A stretch of DNA of 25,522 bases from an uncultured Pseudomonadota bacterium (GCA_964518205.1 CAZFDQ010000215.1:1-25522), one strand, 5' to 3'. Counted from the stretch's first letter, positions 8,701 to 16,353 are shown. Made by a program: numbers and translations. The notes: generated by a model not told the origin, from the letters alone.

Positions 8701-8779
8701 CTCACTGAATATAGTGTTAGTTTTTAAAAGAACACAACATGGTTAAATAAAATTAAATATATTATGGAAAAGGGTTAGT

Positions 8780-9739
8780 ATGATAGCAACAGCTATAAGT
8801 GGTTTTTTTGTATTTTTTATAATTCTTGTAATCTTTCTTTTAATTGTTTTAGCAAAAGCAACTTATATAGTAAAACAGTCAGAAGTTATAATGATTGAAA
8901 GATTAGGAAAGTTTCATAAAATTTTGCAGTCCGGTATTCATTTTGTAGTGCCGTTTGTAGATCAGCCTAGAAAAGTTTTTTGGACTTTCATAAAAGAAGA
9001 TCCAAATAGAAGACATATTTATCGTTATACAGAACTTGTTGAGCGTATAGATTTACGTGAAGCTGTTTATGATTTTCCGAAACAAAATGTTATTACAAAA
9101 GATAATGTAACAATGGAAATTAATGCATTACTTTATTACCAAATTACAGATCCAATGTATGCTGTTTATGAAGTAACAAATCTTGGCCAAGCGATAGAAA
9201 AATTAACACAAACAACATTAAGAAATATTATTGGTTCTATGGATCTGGATGAAACTTTAAGTTCTCGTGATATGGTTAACGAAAAGTTGCGTGAAATTTT
9301 GGATGAAGCAACAGATAAGTGGGGTGTTAAAGTTAATCGTGTTGAATTGCAAGAAGTAAACCCTCCAATTGATATTAGAACTGCAATGGAAAAACAAATG
9401 CGTGCAGAACGTGATCGTCGTGCTTTAATTTTAGAGGCTGAGGGTAAGAAGCGTGCGGCAGTTTTAGAAGCTGAAGGTGTTAAGCTTGCAAAAATTACTA
9501 AAGCAGAAGGTGAAGCCGAAGCAAGGCTTGTTACAGCAAATGCTGAGGCTGAAGCAATTCAAATGATTCAAAAATCTGTTCCAAATGCTGATCCGTTGCC
9601 ATATTTGATTGCATTAAATTACATCAAAGCATTACCTGAAATTACAAAAGATAAAGAGGGTAAATTGATTTTAATGCCTTATGAAGCAAGTGGAGTGATG
9701 GGGTCTTTGGCAACAATAAAAGAATTATTTAAACAGTAA
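8780..9739 (+). CDS. SPFH/band 7 stomatin-like membrane protein (QmcA/YbbK type)
   Basis: N-terminal TM helix, IERLGKF, GIHFVVPFVD, IDLRE, QNVITKDNV, LTQTTLRNIIG, LDETLSSR, WGVKVNRVELQEV, AMEKQMRAER, AEG-rich coiled coil. Confidence 0.93.
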   Translation: MIATAISGFFVFFIILVIFLLIVLAKATYIVKQSEVIMIERLGKFHKILQSGIHFVVPFVDQPRKVFWTFIKEDPNRRHIYRYTELVERIDLREAVYDFPKQNVITKDNVTMEINALLYYQITDPMYAVYEVTNLGQAIEKLTQTTLRNIIGSMDLDETLSSRDMVNEKLREILDEATDKWGVKVNRVELQEVNPPIDIRTAMEKQMRAERDRRALILEAEGKKRAAVLEAEGVKLAKITKAEGEAEARLVTANAEAEAIQMIQKSVPNADPLPYLIALNYIKALPEITKDKEGKLILMPYEASGVMGSLATIKELFKQ

Positions 9740-9745
9740 AAAAAT

Positions 9746-9772
9746 AAAGGGGGCAAATTTTTGCCCCCTTTT
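9746..9772. terminator. Bidirectional rho-independent terminator
   Basis: AAAGGGGGCAA-ATTT-TTGCCCCCTTT with A-run before and T-run after, between convergent genes. Confidence 0.85.
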
Positions 9773-9783
9773 ATACTCAAATT

Positions 9784-10230
9784 TTATTGTTCAACATCCA
9801 AATAATACTTGGGCCACGCGCCCTTTATATAAAAAGTGTTCATTATGGGGTCATCATATATTTTTTGTTGTTCATTATTAATGTAAAAACTACTTCCATC
9901 TTCTTCTGTATAAATAGTCATAAATTCAGCAGGATCGCTGTTTGTTTTTCTGATTTTTAAGCTATGTAAAATCCATGTTATTTCTTTATCTTCTTTTGTT
10001 TCAATCATTTTTCGGTAAAAATTTTTTATTGTTTCATTAGAAATTCGGATCCAGTCGTTAGAAGAACATTCTATTTTTGAAGAGTTTTGTTTTTTATAGC
10101 AGGTACAGACCATTACATCTTCATCACTTTTGTTTGTTAGTTCAAATTCTTCATATCTGTGTATTTCTGCACTTATATGATTTGAAAATAAGAAAGTAAA
10201 TATAAAAATATTTAGCCAAAATTTTTTCAT
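9784..10230 (-). CDS. Hypothetical secreted protein
   Basis: SD AAGGA; signal peptide MKKFWLNIFIFTFLFSNHISA; mature region begins FELTNKSDEDVMV. Confidence 0.8.
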   Translation of the reverse strand: MKKFWLNIFIFTFLFSNHISAEIHRYEEFELTNKSDEDVMVCTCYKKQNSSKIECSSNDWIRISNETIKNFYRKMIETKEDKEITWILHSLKIRKTNSDPAEFMTIYTEEDGSSFYINNEQQKIYDDPIMNTFYIKGAWPKYYLDVEQ

Positions 10231-10241
10231 GATGTTCCTTA

Positions 10242-10859
10242 TTATTTTCTAAATACTATTTCAGATTGTTCTATTTTCAAATGATATTCTTTTTCTTCAG
10301 GTTCAATTTTTATTATTGTTTCTTCTGATGGAGTTGGTGTTGTTTCTTTTTGATCTGGTTGTTCTGTTGGGGGTCCCATTTGTTCTGAAGTTGGAGTAGT
10401 TTCATCTGGCATACCTTCTGTGGTTGATGGCATATCTTTTGGTGTTTCCGGAGTAGGGGCTGGGGGCATTTCTGCAGGTTCTTGTGAAATTTCTTCTGCG
10501 GGTTCTTTGGTGACTATATCGCTTTCCATTTCTTTGGTGTTAATTATTACTTTTGTGATAGCAAAATTTTCTTTTGGGTCAGGGATTTTTAGTTTTTGTT
10601 TGCCAATTATGATGTAGTTGAGGTTATCTTCCTGCTCATTCTCTGCCATAAAAACTTTTTCTTCATCGGCATTTAATATGATTCCGGCTGTCCCAATAAT
10701 GCCTTCGCCTTGTGCCCCTAAACCATAACCACCGATAACTGTAAGTTGATGATCGGTTCCATTTTTTACAGGAATTCCATAGATAGCTTCTTTGGCGGAA
10801 TAATTCTGCACAAACAAGATGGTAGAAAAGATTGTTGCCAAAACTAAAAATTTTTTCAT
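10242..10859 (-). CDS. Hypothetical secreted protein with Pro/Thr/Glu-rich insert
   Basis: SD GAGAGG; signal peptide MKKFLVLATIFSTILFVQNYSA; IPVKNGTDHQLTV; low-complexity EPAE...ETTPTPSEE segment. Confidence 0.8.
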   Translation of the reverse strand: MKKFLVLATIFSTILFVQNYSAKEAIYGIPVKNGTDHQLTVIGGYGLGAQGEGIIGTAGIILNADEEKVFMAENEQEDNLNYIIIGKQKLKIPDPKENFAITKVIINTKEMESDIVTKEPAEEISQEPAEMPPAPTPETPKDMPSTTEGMPDETTPTSEQMGPPTEQPDQKETTPTPSEETIIKIEPEEKEYHLKIEQSEIVFRK

Positions 10860-10894
10860 GAAATCCCTCTCAATAAAAAATCCTTTTTTGATGG

Positions 10895-11251
10895 TTACTC
10901 AATAGCTCCTTGTCTTATTGTATAAGCTATTTTGTTTGGATTGTTTCTTGCATTGAATAAACCTGAATATTTTGAATCTATTTCGGTATTATTTTGGTTT
11001 GCTGTTATTTGTGTTATTTCATAAAGATTAGAGATTGTAACATTTTTAGTGGCTGTGGCTTGTACATTTATTATTATTTCGCTCGCTGATCGTTGTACGG
11101 CTGTTTTTTTGTATTTTATTGCAACAGAGATGTCTTGATTTAAGTTGTTTGTAATACTTATTATTTTGTCTGGGTAAGTTTGTTGTCCATAACAATTCCA
11201 ATTTAAACCAACCAAACTCAAAATAGCCGTCAAAAATAATAGTTTTTTCAT
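10895..11251 (-). CDS. Hypothetical secreted protein
   Basis: AAGGAG upstream of ATG 11251 (preferred over 11323); signal peptide MKKLLFLTAILSLVGLNWNCYG; ISITNNLNQDISV. Confidence 0.75.
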   Translation of the reverse strand: MKKLLFLTAILSLVGLNWNCYGQQTYPDKIISITNNLNQDISVAIKYKKTAVQRSASEIIINVQATATKNVTISNLYEITQITANQNNTEIDSKYSGLFNARNNPNKIAYTIRQGAIE

Positions 11252-11433
11252 GACTTTCTCCTTTTTTTTAATTTTATTTATCTTTACACTTTTATAATAT
11301 ATGTTTTGATTATCAAATAGCAATAGTTTGTTTGTTTTAATTAGGTGGTATTTTAAGTAGGAGCTGGTTATTTAGTTTGTATTTGGAATAATAGAGGGGG
11401 GTTGAATTGTTTGTGAATTATTATAGAGGTGTC

Positions 11434-11461
11434 GTCATCCCTTACTATGAGACGGGATCCA
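11434..11461 (+). repeat. Degenerate single copy of the GTCATCC...GGATCCA palindrome
   Basis: GTCATCCCTTACTATGAGACGGGATCCA versus GTCATCCCGGCCTACGAGCCGGGATCCA at 8589-8616: same length, 24/28 identical by manual count. Confidence 0.75.
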
Positions 11462-11540
11462 GATATTTAATTGTTCTTTGTTTATTATATTTGCTTGATA
11501 CATCAATATAAAATCAAATATAAATGAACTATAAATCCTA

Positions 11541-11574
11541 AAAAAATGGGCAAACCAAAGCTTGCCCATTTTTT
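11541..11574 (-). terminator. Rho-independent terminator after the small membrane-protein gene
   Basis: 13-bp stem AAAAAATGGGCAA/TTGCCCATTTTTT with an 8-nt loop; U-tract on both strands; 17 bp past the stop at 11592. Confidence 0.8.
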
Positions 11575-11591
11575 AGTTCTAGTAATATGTT

Positions 11592-11858
11592 CTATTTCTT
11601 CTGCATTTTTTTATAAAGCATAATTGCTAAAAAAGCAATTCCAAGAACTATTAAAATTATTAAACTCCACTTAATAATTCCGGAAAACATAAACCAACCT
11701 TTAAAGCGTCCCCAAGTGTTGCGCATTCCTCGCATTCCACCCATTCCATAGCCTTGTCCTGAACCTCCTTGTCCTCTTTGAGAAAAAAGGCTCAAGGGAA
11801 ATATGGCGAAAATTGTTGATAATATAAACAATGCTTTATTTTTTATTTTATTGATCAT
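11592..11858 (-). CDS. Small Gly/Met-rich membrane protein
   Basis: SD AAGGAG; N-terminal hydrophobic segment, GQGGSGQGYGMGGMRGM linker, C-terminal TM helix and KKMQKK tail. Confidence 0.75.
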   Translation of the reverse strand: MINKIKNKALFILSTIFAIFPLSLFSQRGQGGSGQGYGMGGMRGMRNTWGRFKGWFMFSGIIKWSLIILIVLGIAFLAIMLYKKMQKK

Positions 11859-11920
11859 AGTTTTCTCCTTTTTTTTAATAGAACTACAATACTACTTCTT
11901 ACATCTTCATTATATACTTG

Positions 11921-13711
11921 CTATTTGTCTATTTGCAATAGTTTTATTGTTTTGGATAATTTACGATGGTAGCTTATGGCGAAATGGTGCGCATAGTCGC
12001 GTAATGATATTAAAACTTGGCCAGCGTAGGTTTGTAGGTTTAGCTTTTTGCCTTCGGGGATTTTTACAGAAAATACGGTTTCTTCTCGTTTTGCAAGACT
12101 TATAAAATTTGCTTCGGAAAAAAGATCTTTTACGGCATTAAGTTGTCCTTTGCCGCCGTCAATTAAGATAAGATCGGGTAACTCTGATTTATTTTTGTAT
12201 CTTCTTTTTACTATTTCACGCAAACATGCGTAATCGTCTTGATGTTCAACGGTTTTTATTTTAAAACGTCTGAATTTATCTTTGTCTGGTTTACCATCTT
12301 TAAAGCGGATACAAGATCCAACCATAAACATGCCTTGTTTATGTGATATATCAAAGCAGTCTATTGTGTGTGGTTCGATGTCTAATCTGAGAAGATTTTT
12401 TAATGCTTTTGGAATAGTTTTTTGTTTTTTAATTTCTTGTTTGGCATGTATTTTTGCAAGCTTTATCAAGCTTGCAAAATGTCCAGATTTTGGTTGTTGA
12501 ACAGTTACTTTGTGTTCTTTATTGCCTGTGATCCGAAGCCTTGCTGTGCCCGCCGGAGCCTTGTACGAAGGCTGGGGCGAAGGATTATTCCATTTTTGTA
12601 AGAATTGTTCGAGTAGTTTCTTGTCTTTGATTTCAAAGTTAGAAAGAATTGTATTTGGACATGAATGGTTTTGGTAGTAGCTGGTTAAGTATTTGAGGGG
12701 AAGTTGTTCGTTTGTATCCGTTCGACTACGAGATTTTATCTCTTCGTTCAGAATGAACGGATTTTGGGTTATTTTTGTTTTTATAGTCCGTTCGCCCTGA
12801 GTGGAGCAACGCGAAATCGAAGGATGCGAACGGATTTCATCTAACAAAAAATAAAAAGCATACTTTTTACGCAAAGCGCTATTTTTTTCAGTAAAAACAA
12901 ACAAAACTTTTTTATCTGGAGTTAAGATCCAAATATCTTTATCGCCCAAGCTTTTAATTGAAGATTTTGTAGAAAAGTTTGTTTGCAAAGATTCGAACAC
13001 ATTTTGAAATGCTTTGTAGTACTCATGTAACTCTTTTGATTTTTCAAAATTAAGCTTTTTATTTTCTTTTTCAATTTCTTGTTCAAGGTGTTTTAAGAAG
13101 TTTTTATGACCTTTTTTTAATGCAAGCTTTGCAAGTTCTAATCGTTGTATGTAAGCATTTTTGTCAAAGTCGGGACGGCAGTATCCTGCGCATATTCCCA
13201 TATGATAATCAAGGCATCCATTTTCTATTTTTTTCTTACAAAGCTTTAGTTTGAAAGTTTGAATTAAAAAATCATACACTTTTCGGGCTGGTGTTTTTTC
13301 TAAGAATGGGCCAAAGTAGACACCTTTTTCTTTTTTGTTTCTAATAATTTTTAGTTCAGGTAATTTTTTGGGAGGAGTTGTTATGAGAATGTATAAAAAC
13401 AGTTGTCCTGTTTTGAGTAATATATTAAATTTTGGTTGATTTGATTGAATTAGCTGTGCTTCCAGCAGCATTGCTTCGAGTTCGTTTTTTGTAGTGATAA
13501 AATCAATTTTTTGGCTGCTTTCAATAATTGCACAGGCCTTTTTATTGGTATCTTGTTTTTGAAAATAACTGGCAACACGTTTTTTTAGATTTTTTGCTTT
13601 ACCGATATAAAGAATTTGATCATCTTTATCTTTAAATAGATAGACCCCTGGCTTTGCGGGTAATTTTTTGAAATCGGTAATGAGGTTTGAGAGGTTTTTA
13701 TTTTGTATCAT
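11921..13711 (-). CDS. uvrC: Excinuclease ABC subunit C, with two in-frame palindromic insertions and no C-terminal HhH
   Basis: GIY-YIG domain PGVYLF...YIGKAKNLKKRVASYF, ALMLEAQLI-type helix (AMLLEAQLI), Cys cluster LCKK...CLDYHMGICAGYC, UVR-like LNFEKS, RNase H-like domain IDCFDISH...LILIDGGKGQL...SLAKREE...RDYAHHFAISYHR. Confidence 0.93.
   Translation of the reverse strand: MIQNKNLSNLITDFKKLPAKPGVYLFKDKDDQILYIGKAKNLKKRVASYFQKQDTNKKACAIIESSQKIDFITTKNELEAMLLEAQLIQSNQPKFNILLKTGQLFLYILITTPPKKLPELKIIRNKKEKGVYFGPFLEKTPARKVYDFLIQTFKLKLCKKKIENGCLDYHMGICAGYCRPDFDKNAYIQRLELAKLALKKGHKNFLKHLEQEIEKENKKLNFEKSKELHEYYKAFQNVFESLQTNFSTKSSIKSLGDKDIWILTPDKKVLFVFTEKNSALRKKYAFYFLLDEIRSHPSISRCSTQGERTIKTKITQNPFILNEEIKSRSRTDTNEQLPLKYLTSYYQNHSCPNTILSNFEIKDKKLLEQFLQKWNNPSPQPSYKAPAGTARLRITGNKEHKVTVQQPKSGHFASLIKLAKIHAKQEIKKQKTIPKALKNLLRLDIEPHTIDCFDISHKQGMFMVGSCIRFKDGKPDKDKFRRFKIKTVEHQDDYACLREIVKRRYKNKSELPDLILIDGGKGQLNAVKDLFSEANFISLAKREETVFSVKIPEGKKLNLQTYAGQVLISLRDYAHHFAISYHRKLSKTIKLLQIDK
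12524..12583 (-). repeat. 60-bp palindromic insertion in uvrC (codons 377-396), apparently nested
   Basis: GC-rich island encoding PSPQPSYKAPAGTARLRITG; inner hairpin AGCCTT-N5-AAGGCT; flanked by ATT on both sides (12521-12523 and 12584-12586). Confidence 0.75.
12716..12835. repeat. 120-bp palindromic doublet inserted in frame in uvrC (codons 293-332)
   Basis: Outer inverted repeat ATCCGTTCG/CGAACGGAT. Sub-hairpins 12716-12762 (ATCCGTTC/GAACGGAT) and 12787-12834 (TCCGTTCGC/GCGAACGGA) separated by an AT-rich spacer. Exactly 40 codons. Confidence 0.85.
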
Positions 13712-13980
13712 TTTTTATTTTAAATGTTTTTATTTTATAATCAGCATAAGTTGTTTTCTTTCTTAAAGCCCGAGGTTAAAAACCTTTATTCACATTCATG
13801 GATAAGATTGAATTTTTAAACATAGACCTTTAATTTACCTGTTTGTAAATTTTACCAGTTTTTGCTGCAAAAATAAAAATAATGGCAAAATATCTAATTT
13901 TTCAATTTACTATGTAAAAAAAATAGGTATATTTATGTTGTCGGAACAAGATATGTTTTATTTCAAAAAAAAGGATGACC

Positions 13981-15192
13981 ATGCTTCATAAGTTTAAAAT
14001 CCCTCTAATTGTGTTATTTGTTGGTTTAATTGGGCTATGGATTGGCAGTTCTGTTTTTAATTATTTTACTTATTCCATGTCTCCAGAAATTAAGTTGGAG
14101 GGAATAGATAAAAACGGGCATTACGCTGGATTGCTGAATTGCATAATTAAATCTAATAATGGTTATAAAGTTTCTGAGATTACAACTACATTGGATGGTA
14201 AAGAATTAGAGTTAAGTAAGGCAAAAAAAATAAATGCAAAAACATTCCAAATACCTTTTAGGCTTGATACATTGAATATGTCTAAGGGGCAGCATACATT
14301 ACAAATAGAAGCGGTTGATTCTAGCTATAACCAAAACAGAACAAAAGAAAGTTGGGAATTTTATGTTGATAATGATCCTTTAAAAGCAGCTTTTCTAGAG
14401 ACGGAATATAGGGTTGATCAAGGTAGAACAATTCATGCTAGGATACAAACAAATAAGAGTTTACAAAAGGCTCAAATTAAATTTTTAGAAAATGTTTATG
14501 ATTGTTATCCAGAAAATGAGTATTCAAATGTTTACGAATGTTTCATTCCAATTCCTTGTGAGCAAGCATCAGAAGAGCATATGATAATGGCAGACCTTAG
14601 GGACTTTGTTAATAACTCGGTAAAACTTACAAGTAAGGCTGTTATTAACGCTGTTAATTTTCCAAAGCAACGTGGTTTTACTGTTGCAACAGAAAAGTTG
14701 GACGAAGAAAAAGAAGTTAGTATGAGCAATAGAATTCTTTCTGAAGCATTAGAAAAATGGCTAAAAGATTCTCCTCAAAAAAAATTGTGGTCTGGCCCGT
14801 TTGAAACTCCAATTGATGTTAAAAGAACAACAACGCCTTTTGGCGAAATTCGTACAAGTGCACAAAAAGGAAGATATTTACACAGTGCTGTAGATATTAC
14901 CAATTATCCAAAGAGTGTTGTTTGGGCATCCCAAGATGCTAGAGTTATTATTAAAGATAGATATCTTTTTTCAGGTAATACTGTTGTGTTAGATCATGGT
15001 CTTGGTGTTTTTACTCTTTATTACCATCTAGAGGATTTTGCGGATATCGAAGTTGGTGATTTTGTTAAAAAAGGTAACCCTATTGGACGCTTAGGTATGA
15101 CCGGTTATGCGAATGGTTATCATTTACATTGGGAATTACGCGTTAAAAATGTTCCGGTAGATCCAATTGAGTGGACCAAAAAGACTTTTTAA
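13981..15192 (+). CDS. Membrane-anchored M23 family metallopeptidase
   Basis: N-terminal TM helix; beta-rich region with HTLQIEAVD; M23 motifs HSAVD (HxxxD), GNTVVLDHG, YYHL, G..VKKGNPIG..GMTG, GYHLHWE (HxH). ATG 13981 has SD AAGGA; 13975 is the alternative start. Confidence 0.9.
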   Translation: MLHKFKIPLIVLFVGLIGLWIGSSVFNYFTYSMSPEIKLEGIDKNGHYAGLLNCIIKSNNGYKVSEITTTLDGKELELSKAKKINAKTFQIPFRLDTLNMSKGQHTLQIEAVDSSYNQNRTKESWEFYVDNDPLKAAFLETEYRVDQGRTIHARIQTNKSLQKAQIKFLENVYDCYPENEYSNVYECFIPIPCEQASEEHMIMADLRDFVNNSVKLTSKAVINAVNFPKQRGFTVATEKLDEEKEVSMSNRILSEALEKWLKDSPQKKLWSGPFETPIDVKRTTTPFGEIRTSAQKGRYLHSAVDITNYPKSVVWASQDARVIIKDRYLFSGNTVVLDHGLGVFTLYYHLEDFADIEVGDFVKKGNPIGRLGMTGYANGYHLHWELRVKNVPVDPIEWTKKTF

Positions 15193-15382
15193 TTATTTTA
15201 CCTATTCATACTTTAGATATTTCTTGAAAGATTTTTTTTGTGATAAAAGATCTTGTGGCATGATGTTTGCCTTTGTTTTTTAAAAAATTAAAATAAAATT
15301 CTTTACTTTTTGCTTTTTTATTATTTAACTTATCCTAAGTTTGAAATAATAAAAGATTTTTGGAAAGGATAATACGGGATTT

Positions 15383-15964
15383 ATGTCGAACCATTTAGGT
15401 GAGAATAAGTTAATAACAACCTTAGTTAGATTGCCACGATTTGCAAGGTTTTTAATAACACTTGCCATGCTCGCCTTCACTTCTTTAACTTGGTTCTTTT
15501 TTTCTTATCTTTCTTTAAATCAGGAAATAAATGGAGAGAATCAAAAATATCAAAATTATTTAGAACAAAAATTTATCTTGCAAAAAACTGTTAAAAATCT
15601 TGATCTTGAAAAAGTTAAAAATGAAATTTTAAGCAAACAACTCAAAAACAACCTTAAGGATGATGGTTTATTGCAGTCTGAGATGGATTTTGTTTTAAAT
15701 TCATTAAACCAAAATAGTTTAGTTTGTTCTGAATTTGAACCTCTAGAAAATCTAGAAGATGAATTTTTTAGAGAAGAATATTATCAGTTTAGAGCGAGTG
15801 GTGATTTTAAAAATGTGGTATCGTTTTTAACAGATCTACAAAACTTTGGAGGTAGTATAAAGTTTAAAGATGTTCAATTTGTAAGAATAGGTAAAGATAA
15901 AATCTCAATAGTTGCAAAGTTAGGGATAGTCAATTTTTTGAGGGATGATGAGCAAGATACATGA
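15383..15964 (+). CDS. pilO: Type IV pilus assembly protein PilO-like
   Basis: N-terminal TM helix, coiled coil, then EFEPLE...EFFREEYYQFRASGDFKNVVSFLTDL, resembling the PilO core; first gene of a pilO-P-Q-order cluster. Confidence 0.7.
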   Translation: MSNHLGENKLITTLVRLPRFARFLITLAMLAFTSLTWFFFSYLSLNQEINGENQKYQNYLEQKFILQKTVKNLDLEKVKNEILSKQLKNNLKDDGLLQSEMDFVLNSLNQNSLVCSEFEPLENLEDEFFREEYYQFRASGDFKNVVSFLTDLQNFGGSIKFKDVQFVRIGKDKISIVAKLGIVNFLRDDEQDT

Positions 15965-16283
15965 TCTTTTATTGATGTCTATTTCGTTTATAACACCTAT
16001 CTGTTTAACGCAAAACTTTCAAAATCTACGAGACCCTTTTTCTCTTCCAACTCCAAAAAAATCAGATCTACAAGAAACTAAAAAAATCGATGATATAGAT
16101 CAAATCAATTTAATTGGTATTACAAAAGTAAACGATAATGTTGGAGCGATATTGCAAAAAGGATTTAACCAGGAGGTTGTATTTTTGAATGAAAATATTT
16201 GGGGGTATAGGGTGGAGAGTATAAATGAAGGTTCTGTTATTATAAAAAAAGAAGGGAGGTTTATAAGGTTATCTGTAAAGTGA
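15945..16283 (+). CDS. PilP-like pilus assembly protein
   Basis: RDPF motif, LIGI...GAIL...G..V..I beta region; sits between pilO-like gene and secretin; overlaps the upstream gene, SD GAGGG. Confidence 0.6.
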   Translation: MMSKIHDLLLMSISFITPICLTQNFQNLRDPFSLPTPKKSDLQETKKIDDIDQINLIGITKVNDNVGAILQKGFNQEVVFLNENIWGYRVESINEGSVIIKKEGRFIRLSVK

Positions 16284-16353
16284 GTTTTTAAAATTCATAT
16301 TTAGAAAAAAAGGAGAAAAAGGAGAAAGGGGAGGGGAGAAACGGAGAGTAGTA

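Noticed and set aside
11485-11523. 9-bp inverted repeat TTATATTTG/CAAATATAA enclosing TTGAT-AC-ATCAA
   Set aside because: Almost all A/T, single occurrence; plausible by chance in this composition.
11803-12105. 100-aa hydrophobic + strand ORF
   Set aside because: Overlaps both uvrC and the small membrane gene antisense; its hydrophobicity reflects T-rich sequence opposite A-rich coding DNA.
12524-12835. uvrC insertions as inteins or introns
   Set aside because: Far too short, no C/S...HN intein termini or group I/II intron features; the DNA palindromes explain them better.
13859-13873. TTTTTGC-T-GCAAAAA palindrome as an operator between uvrC and the M23 gene
   Set aside because: Low complexity, matches no SOS box I recognise, and no second copy seen.
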